A DNA stretch of 63,773 nt, the filler included, from Hausera hauseri (taxonomy: Eukaryota), in the NCBI GenBank assembly GCA_046269625.1. It is 11 parts of 11 records of this genome, joined end to end, with 100 filler letters (N's around TTAATTAATTAA, not from the genome) between each part and the next. Parts side by side here need not be neighbours in the genome. Positions count along the whole stretch, not along the records: positions 13,642 to 18,591 come from JBJURY010381813.1; positions 18,692 to 23,309 come from JBJURY010502131.1; positions 23,410 to 28,341 come from JBJURY010387924.1; 8 more parts are not named here. One strand, written 5' to 3'. Both the position numbers and the translations under genes were made by a program. The stretch's first letter is position 1, and each line of letters opens with the position of its first letter. Below the pieces are notes generated by a model that saw only the letters and a list, made by a program, of their open reading frames with translations, was not told where the DNA came from and searched no databases. Below, piece after piece: positions 14,156 to 27,260 of this stretch.

Positions 14156-16516
14156 ATGACCGACAAGGCGAAGAATTCAACGCCCAGTACCAGACACGAT
14201 ATCGACGACTTCCTACAACAACATGTGACAGTTTTGAAGCCACCATCTGAAAGCTTATACTATTAGATCGGAGAAAGTCTAAAAAACAAAACTTATGTAG
14301 AAATTAATCAAAAAAGCAAAATACAAAATGGATTGAAATGGGGCTTAGATTAAAACGACTAATTCAATTATACGCTATGCGGGATCCGAAGGATGCACGA
14401 GCATACCTTCTAAAAGATATGATCCCATATGAACCGACGCATCAGCAATTGTACATACATGTCGCTGACGGGGAAGTCCAATACAGGATAGCAGGGCAAC
14501 CCTGGAGCACACAAAGAGGACAACAGTGGAAATTTAGCACCTACGAGTTGTGTTGCTATAGTCTCATATGTTTTGGAGTTCAGAATTGCCGAACTTCCAA
14601 CCAAGCTTATGTTTGAATTAACCTTGCTGACCGAAGTGATGAGACCACTACCACCTATACTATGTATACAGAAACCCTCGGAAGATAAGATAAAACAAAA
14701 TGGAGAATCGTTCAGACTAGTTCCGGACGACCGAAATACTCGAATTTTAGCCGTAAACTATGGAGAGAAGGATGACGGATGGTACACCCCAATCGAAGTC
14801 TCTATCCGAAGTATAAACGGAGAAGAAATTATAAACAAAATAATCTTACCTAGAAATAAAGTAAAAGATACATTTCCTGACGTTACCTGAATTACGAAAC
14901 TACAACTTGAGAAAGGCAAAGATTTCTTAGAAATCCAAGAAGATATAAGCCATTGCTTGTATGGATTCATTAAAACCGGATTCACAGTACATGAAATGCT
15001 AGAAAGGCTATGGATTAAACAAGAATTCGTGGAATTCGTGAACTGAGTCGGAACCCGACGGCTGTAAACCGCGTGGAAAACACCCTAATGAGAAAGAGAA
15101 GATGTCTACTTCGCTCGGCGTCACGAGAATCACAGTTTAAGATGATTCTTGAAGCCATGAATGGCGAAAAATTTAGATTTCCTAAGTTGATGATGGCAAG
15201 CCAACGCACGAAAATAAGAGAGATATTTACATATCGCTACGATGGGAACACGAGTGAAAATCCAGAAACCCTATACAGAATATGATCTCTGACAGTAATC
15301 CAAAAATTTTAATGCAGGAATTCCGTAACGGGTTTAGTGAATACCAGATATCCAGACAGATTGAATCCCAAGGGCACAATAACTTCCAAATAACCGTTCA
15401 GAACGGTCCAGCCAAACCATTCAAACCAGAAGGACCAAATAAGTACAGCCAAGCCTCAATTGATCGAGTCCAAACCAAGTACAGACCGGCTAAAGAATTA
15501 CAAAGACGACAAAAGAAGAAACCGTCTTTCTTTGAGTATATCAGCAAGAAGGAAACCAAGACAAATAAAAACTGTGCTAAGGGATAGAACCGTCCACTAG
15601 CAGCCTAATGCCGACGGCCCAAGAAGAAATAATAGAATCCAAGGACAAACTGAAAACGCCAGAACCCGGAAAAACCACCGGACAAGGAACGGAAACGCTC
15701 AGTTGCGGATCACCTAAAACGGAAGTGAACGTTCTCCGAAGAAATTTGGAAAAACCAGCCTCTATCGTGGTAACCGAGTTCGGTCAGATTAAAGAATACG
15801 CCCAAATGCTTCTTATGGCCGAGTATTATAGCATAGGAAAAATTAAAGAAGCCATGCTTTATGTCTCCACAGTTCCTAGAAGAATCGTAAGTGGAAACGG
15901 ATATACCCGAGAGGATGTAACCATTGGCTGATACTTGGCCCCAATATTCCAGTCGAAAAATGGTATTAATAGACTAACCATCCCAGTAGATACCCAAGTC
16001 CGATTACAACTTAAAAGACAGTACAAGGAAACCGGAATACCCGACTTAGATAAACAATAAATCATTGAATGGACGTTGGTCACCGTGTCAGATGACCTTA
16101 AGAAAAGTTCTATAGACCCCAAAAAACGGCTATACGGATATCTATACCAAGATAAAAAGGGACTCGTATTCGAACAAATGGAAGTTGATGAAAACCTCGT
16201 AGACATTGATAGGGGTGAAAAAGAAAAATGTCCCGTTTGTGATGCAAATCTATATCAATGATTTGTAGCATTAAATAACAAAGATTGCACCCATAAATAT
16301 TGCCGTTATTGCTTAAAAACGTGGACCCTAAGAAATGGGAAAACGACGTGCCCAGTATATAGAACCAAAGGTACAAGACTGAGATATTTCTTTAACAGAG
16401 AAAAAACAAAAAGATAGTGGAAATATTTCACCAAAAGGCCAACACATCATACCACTTTGACCTACGATCACCCCAAGATGAATCGAATTCGGAAACAGAC
16501 TTACGCGGACGAATGA
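14156..16516 (+). pseudogene. Accessory ORF-B with C-terminal RING finger (RING about 16229-16360)
   Basis: Fragments at 14338, 14573, 15073, 15282, 15608 and 16076 join into a homolog of 50033-52375; CPVC...CTHKYCRYC...CPVY. Confidence 0.75.
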
Positions 16517-16582
16517 ACCGTCTACTCGGCACCTCTTCTGACGTAATTGGCACATTCGAGAGTGCCGTTCAGGGAGGAGAAA

Positions 16583-17170
16583 TGTTGTAAAAGTGGCAAG
16601 GAACGTTGTAGAAAGTGCAAGGAAATTTATAATAGAAACCGAAACCGAAAGTAAAACGGAATTTAACAAATAATTATTTAACCACAAATTACGTAACGAT
16701 TATTTAGTGCATGCAGTTATTTAATTTACAACGAATGTAAAAATTGTAAATCAGATAAATAAAGCAGATTAGGGCACACAAATTCCCTGTCGATGAACCG
16801 GACCGATATTTCCAAATTGTGGAGATTGACTTCGTATTATTTTTGTTGATTTCCGACTCTACGATTGTACGTACGGTATTTTTGTTATTGTAAATAAAAT
16901 TGTGTTCTTTCAAAATTCTTTATAGCTTTCCGTCGCTCCTTACGAGGGACTTATACCACATTAAGGATTAAAATTAAAAATAGTATCTATACTTAGGTCG
17001 AGAACTTGCTAAACTACGCAGAGCACAGCACACAGTACACGCATCATAAAACAGTACAAACATTCTAACGAGAACGTTAGGTCTTACCTGCTTATAAATT
17101 CTTGTTCAATTCGAGTTTCATTTATTGTTATAGTTGGGTGTTGAATAGGGCCCACCTTCAACTATTAACA
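16583..17170 (+). repeat. LTR (588 bp), PPT at 16571-16582, degenerate PBS at 17173-17190
   Basis: TGTTG...TAACA termini, preceded by AGGGAGGAGAAA and followed by TT-TAGCGATCCTAGCAGAAC. Confidence 0.85.
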
Positions 17171-18078
17171 TTTAGCGATCCTAGCAGAACAAGTTTGTAC
17201 TTGCTAGACTTTGACTTTTATTGAAAAGTAACGACACATTACCGATCAGCGCTATCACAGCAAATAATTGATTATAGAAGTGTTGGAAAATTAAAATTTG
17301 GGATTTATAGAAACTCTCGGTATTATAACGACATACTATTGAATCGAGAACGAATATTGACAGACATAAATCGGACGATAGTTTAAATTTAATTCCAAAC
17401 GGTAAAAAAATATTAACTTACTCAAAACACGCAAGAATATGTACAGACGGGATAAGACGTTGAATAAACGCACTCCATCTGAAACGAATTTAGCTAATAT
17501 TAAACTCATTAGTTTAAACGTTGTTGAACAGCCGATTGAAGTCAAAGTTCCTGTTAAGCGAATTAAAACTCGTAAGTTAATTAAGCATAATTTAATAGAC
17601 GTTGAAAACATGGTTGAGAATGAAGCTGTAGCGTAGAAGCTCGACATTTTTACATTTGACTCTCTAAATCTGCCGGCGTACGACGGAGATCCGGACGGAC
17701 TTCATGAGTTTTTGACAACCTATAAATTGCACGCAGAAGGTGCTGGACTCGCATCGAACGTAATTATTAAACGTTTGTCATTGTTACTGAAGAATTTGGC
17801 CGCTGATGCCTATAGTGAGCTCACTGATGATGAGAATAAATCTTGGTCCTTCCTGGTAGGAGCCTTAAATCGAAAACTATTACTGACAGTAACTCAGCAA
17901 CAGAAACTTATGGCTTTCCAGAATAGGGTGCAACAGAAGGGTGAATCGGTAACCCAGTTTGCATTCGCTTTTAGTTATGTGAACACTTAAAAATAGCCAA
18001 TATAGCTTAGGCTAAGAATGATGCGGAACACGAGGCTGCAGAAAATGCAAGTCCTCCAGACCTAGACGTCATGATGAT

Positions 18079-18591
18079 TGTGAGTAAATCGCGTCTCTAC
18101 CATCCTACCTCAACATCACTTGATGATTGTAAGATTGATTTATCCATAAGATATTTATTATAAAAGTTTTATACAACACTTATCATCACTCATTAAATGA
18201 GTCTTATTTTCCTCCTTTCCTGAATTTCCTGATTTTCTATTGGCTGTTTACTGAATTACCTTTGAATTAAATTTAAACTTTAATATCCTTTTCAATTCCT
18301 CTTCACATCCCTTTCCTTTAAGAATTTTTGCAGTTTCTCCACATTTCTTTCCAGGATTCAGCCGTCGCGTGTTGTAGTACATATCGTCGGTCGTGTTTTC
18401 TCTCGATGACTTCGTATGGCCCTTCATATTTGTTTTTATCTCTTGCTCATGATTCCCTCTGTATTAGTATGCTTTCACCGACCTGGAATATCCTTTTACT
18501 GGTATCCTTTCTGGGTCTTTTTTCGTAGTTTCTTCTGTTGATTTATTCTGTCCATGCCATCTCTCTCTATGTATTTTTCTTCCAAATATTA
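18079..18591 (-). mobile_element. Nested LTR retrotransposon 3' end: integrase GPY tail, PPT and 229-bp LTR (18079-18307) inserted into gag
   Basis: TGTGA...TCACA termini, minus-strand PPT AAAGGAAAGGGA (18308-18319), minus-strand YEGPYEVIE; gag homology stops exactly at 18078. Confidence 0.75.
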
Positions 18592-20987
18592 NNNNNNNNN
18601 NNNNNNNNNNNNNNNNNNNNNNNNNNNNNNNNNNNTTAATTAATTAANNNNNNNNNNNNNNNNNNNNNNNNNNNNNNNNNNNNNNNNNNNNACAACCGCA
18701 GTGATATAGGCCCGCTTAAGGAAAGGCAGACAGACGTGATTTTGTCAAAATTTCTAAGGGTTTGCCACCCACAGATAGAAAACTGTGGCAATTTGACAAA
18801 TAGTCCACAATTTTTTACGACACACAAGCGATTTTATCAATCAAGCTAATTAGGGCCTTTGGCTTTTATTTTCCTTTTCAAAAAAGAGACAATTAAAGTA
18901 TAAGAATAATAAAAAATTAAAGAAATTAACACCCACTTGTAGGTATTACCAACCAGTCCAAGGTTTTCAAAACCGACCCATAGTTACTATGCTGACTCAG
19001 TCATAAGCTTCAAAATTGGCAAATTATTAGATCGATGAACATCTAATCAGTGAGAACGATGAGAGTAGTTATACAAAATTTATTTGCTTTCTTCAAGAAG
19101 AAAAGAATACAACTTTTGATTCATGATTATCAACATCAGCATTATATAGTTAATTTTCTTTGTTAAAAAAATGTAATTTGCAGACATCATAATGAGATTT
19201 GTTCACGAAGAATATACACAATAAAAAAAATTTACAATAGCAGATGATAATTACTCCGCATTCACAATTACAACAACCACAGGAGGTACTTATCACTCCA
19301 CAGTCACAGAAACAATTAGAAAACGACAGACGGCAATACTCTCGTAATTAATACAATTAATTACATTTACAAAGAAGGAAATGATCAACACATTGAGACA
19401 TAATTCACCCTGTTCTCATAACAATACAATAAAATTTTTACGACTTGCTGTTGAAAAATTAACAAGTCAACTGACTTGTATTTGATTAATAATATCAGTG
19501 CTCATCTTTCTTTGTTAGGAAGATTTGTTTACGTTCACTCTGATGTTATAATTGTGACAGACACACGGATTCAGTTCCTTGTTGATGGTGTTGGAATATT
19601 TGTTGGATGGATTAGCTTTGATTCTGTTCTTATAATCGTTAAATTGTGAGTCTTGTCAAATTAACAGGCTGTTTATAGCTGAATTGAAATAGTAACAAAT
19701 TTAAAATGTCGCTTTCTCTTTTTCTTGGTCACAAGTAAATTGTTATTCACGTTTATCCTTAAACATTAATAGAAATATATCGGATGCCTTTACTGTTAGA
19801 TTCTCGTCCGTCACAAGTTATCTAAAAAGCATAAAATATGGAGAACGTTTAAGGTCGTCAATCAGTTTCAAATAGGGTCGTTAAAATATATTCCAATCTG
19901 ACAAAGTACAATGAACGTTATGAAAATAATGGGAACATGGGGAAAAATCGATGGGAAAAATTCAAACTCTAAAAATTTCCCATTGCTCAAGTCCAACAGC
20001 GACGGAAACTCAGTGAGCACGTAGCCCGTGACAAGAAGCACATTTCATATTATTAGCGCATCACGATGGGATGATTGCAAGTTGGTGAAAAATAACGCGA
20101 AAAGGCGTTAAAATCTAAAGTTTTGTGTTTGTCTTGTCGTGTCGTGTCGTGTTGTACAATAATCGAAATGGAAATTTTCAAAATAATCAGCAATATTATC
20201 ATCGTCATCATTCTCAAACCATGAGCACGTAACCAGGTACTACCAATACCTCTGCTCACTGTGAACAAGAGGCGCGAGAAGGTGATTGACAACAACTGAC
20301 CTGCTTGGTTGCATGCCTGTGTGCGTGAAACTGTTTGCTGCAACAACTGCGCAAAATGAAGAGTTCTTGCACCAAACAAAATATTTCTGTGCGCCTGTTT
20401 TTAGAAAAAGTGCTGGGAAAAATAACACACACATGTATAACAAACTACTGTATTTCTCAAAATGAACACAAAGTAAATAAGTCGGTAAGCAGTAGTAGTA
20501 GTATTGTTCAAAACATGATAATGATGACCATTGTTCATCCAAGTGTCTGTAATGTAAGCCACAATAAGCAATAACGTCTACACAATACGTCAGTGGATGT
20601 TAACAATAAAGTATGTTATATTCAACACGATATGACGATTACCTTTTAATTCGAGAAACTAACGATGACGGATAGTAAAATCCGAGCGGATCGAATACCT
20701 TGACGGCGAAGTTCGTAGGATGTACGTATACACCAATCCAATGTTCGCTAGGTAACGATGACGTGTGTGTGTATTGACAATGAAGCCGCCACCACCGTCA
20801 GTTTGTCGTAAGTCGCGCGATCCAGCAGAAAAACATCGCAAAATTTCTAGCCCATGAGTAGTTTTCCGTAGCGACTGAGCTCGATGGAGCTAAATGTAAA
20901 ACGTGGGATTAAAGCGTAACAATATTAATAATCAATTGTTTCATATTATTGAGTAGTAGTATGGCAAGAGTGATGCATTAGATTTAT

Positions 20988-21997
20988 TTATACAATGACG
21001 GTTCCGTTTTTTGTTATTTCAACCCCAGCATCAAATACACCGTAAATGTACATCACGGTAAACTGTACCAACGCTTTAGCAAAGTGAGCCTCCAATCGCA
21101 GGTTTCCCTGTTGAAATAATTGAGCCTGCTCAACGTCATAGTCCGGAGCCAGGACAAATATGTAGAATTGGTAGGTGGACTTGAATAAATCCATCGATAT
21201 GCCATTGTTGACATTTTTGTTTAGCAAACGCATGTTGCGCACGATAGATTGAATATATGTGCAAAGATAATCGCCGGTTTTGAAATCCTGCCTGTATGTC
21301 TCAATGAAATCCGCATTCTTACCCAAACTGATCTAATTCACATTGCTATGAGTAAACTTTTCCGAATCGGTCGTATAACTGCCCGTTTGTTAAACATATG
21401 GTTCGACCTTTACACAACGTACGCATAATCGTCGCCGCATGAGCCGAATCATGGCTTTAACACCGTGCTGTACGTATTTCGGCTGATCGAAAAAGTCAAA
21501 GTACAGAGGTCCACACATTGTAAGTGCTTTGATTCTGCCACAAATGCCTGACGGTTTGCTGTAGTGACGTTATACCGATGGTTTTCGTCAAATGAGTCGT
21601 TTTCGTGTCAGTACTGTAATTCAGAGCAGTTTGAATGAATGCTTTGATACTGTATATACTGGTGTTGTCTTCGATTTTGATCTGTTTAGTGTCAGTGAAG
21701 CCTCCTGGAACGGTGTGAGGAAAAGGTAATTGGCCGGTGTGACAATGTCTGTTGAGCGAGAACCGTTGATGTATCCTTTTTAACAACAACTTTTACATAG
21801 ATTAACGTATCGTTCAAATCCATGTATTCATTGTCAGATGCCATAATGTTGAATTGATTGTCAATGTTATCGTTCGTTGAAACCAAATCAACGGGGTAGA
21901 TTTCTTCAAACGGCGCATTGTCAGCAACAACTTGCAGCGCGGCTTTGTCAAATATACACAATTTAGATTTTGCAGATGTCGTTTGTCTATTAATCAA
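20988..21997 (-). pseudogene. Polinton/Maverick major capsid protein, degraded
   Basis: N-terminal KSKLCIFD...EEIYP...YMDLNDTLIYVK, YSIKAFIQTALNY, and C-terminal GNLRLEAHFAKAL...YGVFDAGVEITKNGTV, typical of Maverick major capsid proteins. Confidence 0.8.
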
Positions 21998-22342
21998 ACA
22001 ATCGAAAATTGTACGACGATGACGTTTATTTATAGTTGATGAGCTCGATGATACTCTACGGCATTTTTTCAGTCACTGTCAGCGAATTGTTTTTTGACGT
22101 ATTCAACAACTCCCGGTGCAGCGCTTTTTATTTTTGACAAGGCGTGTTACTTCAATGATGGTAAAATCGATTTGTTTTCATATAGTACATCCTGTACTGT
22201 TTTTGCTGCCACGGCTCCAATACGTTTCAACATTGGAAATTATAATCGTGCCAATATACACGACCATCCAAAGCCATACTGTTTACCAACGAAATACGGC
22301 AGTTCATCGCTCTGCTGAGGTTTACTGTAAATGAAAATAATT

Positions 22343-23309
22343 TCAGAACCAATCATGTTGTTGGATTCGACGGAAATGAAGAATTAGACTGGTTGTAGTA
22401 CCGTACGGAAATTTAATAAGGCAGCCCGCGTCACATCGGATATTGACTTCAACTTTGTTTATAGATGTAGTTACCACAGGTAGGTACATTGGATTATCAA
22501 GATTGACAGTGACATTTTCGCCAAAAGTATACTTGTCGCTTTCCGGATAAATCACACGGAGTAGCGGTACACATACTCCACCCATCAAAATCGGTTCGGT
22601 GACGTTCATGTAAATGTACCTTTAATTTAGTGCAGTTTTCAGTTCGGGTTTAAGTGTTGCAACATGTAATGCCGCCGTGTTCGTATTCGATGTCTCAAAA
22701 CCAATGTTTTTCAAAACCCAATACCATGACCGAAGCTTTTTTCAATGAAATATCGACAGTATCCTTAGCCGCTTCAAATTTAATGTACCCACTTGCATCT
22801 GACTCGAAAGCTTTACATTTCGCCTTCTACTTTTGATTGAAAAAGTGTTGGCAGACATGGGCTACAGATTTGCAATAGACATTGCCTCCAATCGATACGT
22901 ATGATGTTGACACCCTTTCCGCTGTACAGGTAAATTTCACTGTTGTCTGGTAATATACGGGACTTAATGTTGGACCAACTACATATTCACTTTTAATATG
23001 CTGATCTTTGTACTCTGTATTTTTGAATCCAAATTTCTGCGCCATCTCAGAGGACTCAAAGATAACAGTAAATTCGAATATGGTCGTGAATATGGCCGAT
23101 TGTCCAACTGTTTTTTATTGTTAGTAAGTGTCAGACGACAAGAATGTGTTTTGATTTCAGTAACAGTTTTGTTGTACGTTATTTTCATACTACATTTCAA
23201 TTTTACCGGTTTGTATGGAAAGTTAAATTCCATCAGTGCAACCTCCCATTTTCCAGATAAATCCAAAGGATTGTTCCAATCTACAACGTATTCACTGGCT
23301 GAATTGTTC
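22343..23309 (-). pseudogene. Polinton/Maverick minor capsid (penton) protein, degraded
   Basis: LSGKWEVALMEFNFP, and EPILMGGVCVPLLRVI...MYLPV...VNIRCDAG...LILHFRR. Confidence 0.8.
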
Positions 23310-24789
23310 NNNNNNNNNNNNNNNNNNNNNNNNNNNNNNNNNNNNNNNNNNNNTTAATTAATTAANNNNNNNNNNNNNNNNNNNNNNNNNNNNNNNNNNN
23401 NNNNNNNNNTTGATTTGACACTGTTGTTCTATCATCTCTTCTGGAGCTGGCTTGGATCACTGCATATGTAATTTTCGTACTTCTGTATCTTGGCTTGTCA
23501 GACAGACTGGGTCACCGTACAAACAACTGGTTCTGTCAGCTGAGGGGTCACCCTGAGACTGACAGGCTCTCAGTTCAGGTACTTTTTGATCAATTTTAAG
23601 GTGTAATCTAAATTTCCATGTTCAACTTGTAGAAAATTTGTGTCACAGGGAGGAGTAGTCAGAAGGTACTGATCAACCAATAATACGGTAAGTCTACTTG
23701 GGATAAAATAGCTTTAGACAATACAAATAATTACATTTCTTGACGTCCAACCATACTTTGTATAATGTATAATATTTTGTCAAATCTTACATAATTATAT
23801 ACTTTCAGGATTGTATATCAAACTTAATCTTTCACTCGAAACCTCTGTGTAGGACTGAAGATCTAGTTGATGATATTTAATTTTGACTCAAGTACCATCT
23901 TCTTAAATTGCTCGACATTACACTAATGATTCTCGTGGTTAATAGCTGCTAATTTTGACGGAGTGCCTAAATGTGAAGTTCTTTCATGCAGTGAACCAGT
24001 CACTGCAAACAGATATTCGAAATTTTTGCTAAGATTGTTTATGTTTACATGTGAACAATCCAAACCTCATGGTGCACGCACTGTTCAATTGTAGATGGAT
24101 GAAAAGTGCATTATTTTATTACACCAGTCGCTATATTCTATGAACTGAGATTTTCAGGTGTGATGAAAATTTGCCAACAAAGACCTTGCAGAAAGAAAAA
24201 TTCAAGTCTTTATTTGTTGTTTTAAAACGATAGCAAAGACCAAGTCAAAACTTTTGGCACCAATATTGAAAAGATGGTGAAAAACAGTGGTCTACTCGAC
24301 GTAATTTTAAAGAAATATTTTATTGATTTCCAATTCATTAAAAATTCCAATTGAAAAATCTTCTCATGAAAATAACACTCATTTTATAAAGGAAAAAATT
24401 AAAATGACAATTATTCACAACAGAAATTTGTGCCCATTTATCATGATAAATTTCTGTTGACTCTACATCATTGGAATAAATTTGCAATATTGGCAATTTG
24501 AATTATTTAAAAATAAAAATGAAAATGACTAATTTTATGACAATACCGCATCAATTCGACAATTGTTTTCTACCTTTGACAAAATTCATTTGAAATGAAT
24601 TAGGACAATACTCGTCTAAAATTGCCAGATGGAAATCAGTTTGTATTCCTTTGAAAGATGCCGAAAACAAATGAATATAAAGGATGAGTCAACAAAAAAC
24701 TACCGATGAAAATGAACGATAAATCCATTTACAGCATTGATACTGACAACCGGCAACATCAAAGGCATTTACAAATACTCGTAAAATAT

Positions 24790-25640
24790 GACTATTCCGT
24801 CATGTCACAATGAAATCGTACAAATTCGACAAAATTTTCATGTTACAACTGTACCTCAAGAAGTTCCAGACGGAAAACATCAAAATTATATCCGGTGTAC
24901 TGGGAACGGGAAAAACATTGGCAGTCATCAGTGTATTGAACAATTTGCAAAATGAAAATTCAGATTTGCCAATATTTACCACGGAAATTGCCAACGGAAT
25001 GCAAATAACCAATCGCCCATAATTTGTATACCAAAATCTATGAACACCGAACTAATAAACGAGTTTCCAAAATCAGTCTGTTCAAAAACTGAAATTCGAA
25101 TTATTTAAACGCAATCGTTATCCGTCTGTCATTTTGATCAATGAATTGCATCAATTGTATCGTAAAAATTTAACACGACGTTCTCTATCCGTTATTTGAC
25201 TGGTTTCTGACGAAAAATACTCGAATGGTTATCATTGCAATTGCCAGTTCTATTGTTGTAAAGTCGTCTAAATTTGTAAATACTGTTATAAGCAGCACAT
25301 GGTAAATAATTATTATTTTATGGCATTTTTCGTTATTGTACGAACTTAGGAATTTGTACAGATTTTAACAAGAATATTAGTAATAATTTGGCATACTTTT
25401 TAGAATTGTTGGAAAAACCATTGAATTTATATTAATTTTTAAATCTGACAATTCTGAAAAACCAGTTGAAAACTGTTTATAATTCCAAGAATATGAAATT
25501 AAATCAGTCACGTACGCAATCGCATTGGTATATAAACGTGCAGCAGATATGAAATAGTTGAGTTGTTTTCAGAAGCTTCCTTAGCGAAGGTAATTGGAAA
25601 TTTTGACAAGTTAAATTGAGGAAGCATTTCGAAAACCGTT
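24790..25640 (+). pseudogene. ORC1: ORC1-like AAA+ pseudogene
   Basis: IISGVLGTGKT (Walker A), IANGMQIT, ILINELHQL (decayed Walker B) and VLYPLFDWF...MVIIAIA parallel ORC1 motifs; multiple stops and frameshifts. Confidence 0.7.
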
Positions 25641-26299
25641 GAAGAATTATTGTTGGTTTTTGCGAAACAGATTCCTGAACTAGTTGATTCCGATTTACAA
25701 TCCGATACCAGAGGTGTATCCAGTCGATGACGTAATTGTTGTTATTGTAAAAATATATTTATTGTCTAAAATTCTTAAATAGTTTATCATTGCCCCATAA
25801 GGGTGATTAGACTACAGTAGGAACTAAAATCTCACTGTAAAATCATATAGCTAAGACCAGAATATTGTTAACCATTTTGCACAGGACCGCAAGAGAGTAC
25901 CAGCATTACTGAATTAAACTTATTGAAATGAGGTACATTCTGTCTATTCGATAACGATAGACCTTACCCGTATTTGAGGTACTCAAATTTCAAGTGTAAC
26001 TATTGTTATTTAGTGAGAGTTGTATAAGGTCCATCCCAGTATATAACACTATGGACATGCTGGAACGAATGTTTCATGGCCGTCTTACTATTCAATTGGG
26101 TTTTACGAAATACACATTTTCAATTATATACTCATCAGCAATTGATAACGATAATTGGGGCACGGTTATCTGATGATCAGTATGGTTGTAATTTTGATCA
26201 ATAGGCAATTGAACTTACGGCTCGTAAAATTGCTGCAGGATCTGGTGATCCTTGATGTACGTTAGATATCTGTCATCGTGCTGCAGAATTAAAGAAGTC

Positions 26300-27260
26300 G
26301 GGTGAAAATATTGATTTGGCACCTATTTACACTGTTATTAAACCGCAACCTTCATCATCTGAACAATCGACACAGACCATATCTTGATATCCAGTATTCC
26401 CATGGCGATTTTGCTAACGTTTCTGACTTCAACCCAATATGGAAACAAATCCATCATTACTAGGATGCATCTCTATCCCACTTTAGATGGTTTCATTGGT
26501 CCCATTATGTTCCACAATAGAATTTGTCATAGATATTCGGTAGTCAATGATTTATACACTTTTCTTTTTCAGGAGGCTTCCATTTTTGATAAATTAGGCA
26601 ATTTCGTACATGCTCTTTGTTATCATCAAATATTTTAGGCCACCAGAATAATAAAATTAGAATTTTATACGTCTTCTCCATTCCGAAATGACCCAGCGAA
26701 TGAGCTGACTCTAATATAGTTGATCGTTTCTCTTGTGGAATAAGACGCTTGTTTTGTTATTTATCCATAAACCAAACCTTTCCATCTGCGACTTGTAATT
26801 TATTTTTAATTTTAAAATACTCTTTTTATGGTTTAATTTCTTTTTCTCTCGTTACCTGTTCAAAATCCTCATCGATTTCCTTAACTGCTATTGAGTTTAT
26901 CTTTAAGCGTCTAGATATTGAATCTGCATTTCCATTTTCCTTTCCTGGCCGATATAATCTTTCAAATGAATATTCGTGCAGCAGCATCAACAACTGTGCT
27001 ACTCTCCTCCATGAATCTTTTATATTTCACCGCAAATACTATGGCCAGTAGCTCATTCTCAATCACTGAATAGTTCTCTTCTGCTCCTGTTAATACTCTG
27101 CTCGCATAAGCAATATGTCTCTCTTGAATCCCAGATCCTTCACGTATTATTTCTCCCACAGCACTTTGTAAAGTATCAGTAGCAATCACAAACGGTTTGG
27201 AGAGATCTGGCCATTTTAAAAATGGAGGATAAGTGAGCAGCCATTGTTTTCTTTTAAAAT
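26300..27260 (-). mobile_element. Degraded Ty3/Gypsy RNase H-integrase fragment
   Basis: PFVIATD, HIAYASRVLTGAEENYSVIENELLAIVFAVK, IIYRPGKENGNADSISR and GHFG. Confidence 0.85.

Larger units (their letters stand above)
13642..18078 (+). mobile_element. Diverged second copy of the large Gypsy element: 3' accessory ORFs - PPT - LTR - PBS - gag start
   Basis: Colinear homology to ~49510-54072 (LYAMRDPKDARAYLL, RING, gag LTTYKLHAEGAGL); many stops and frameshifts. Confidence 0.9.
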
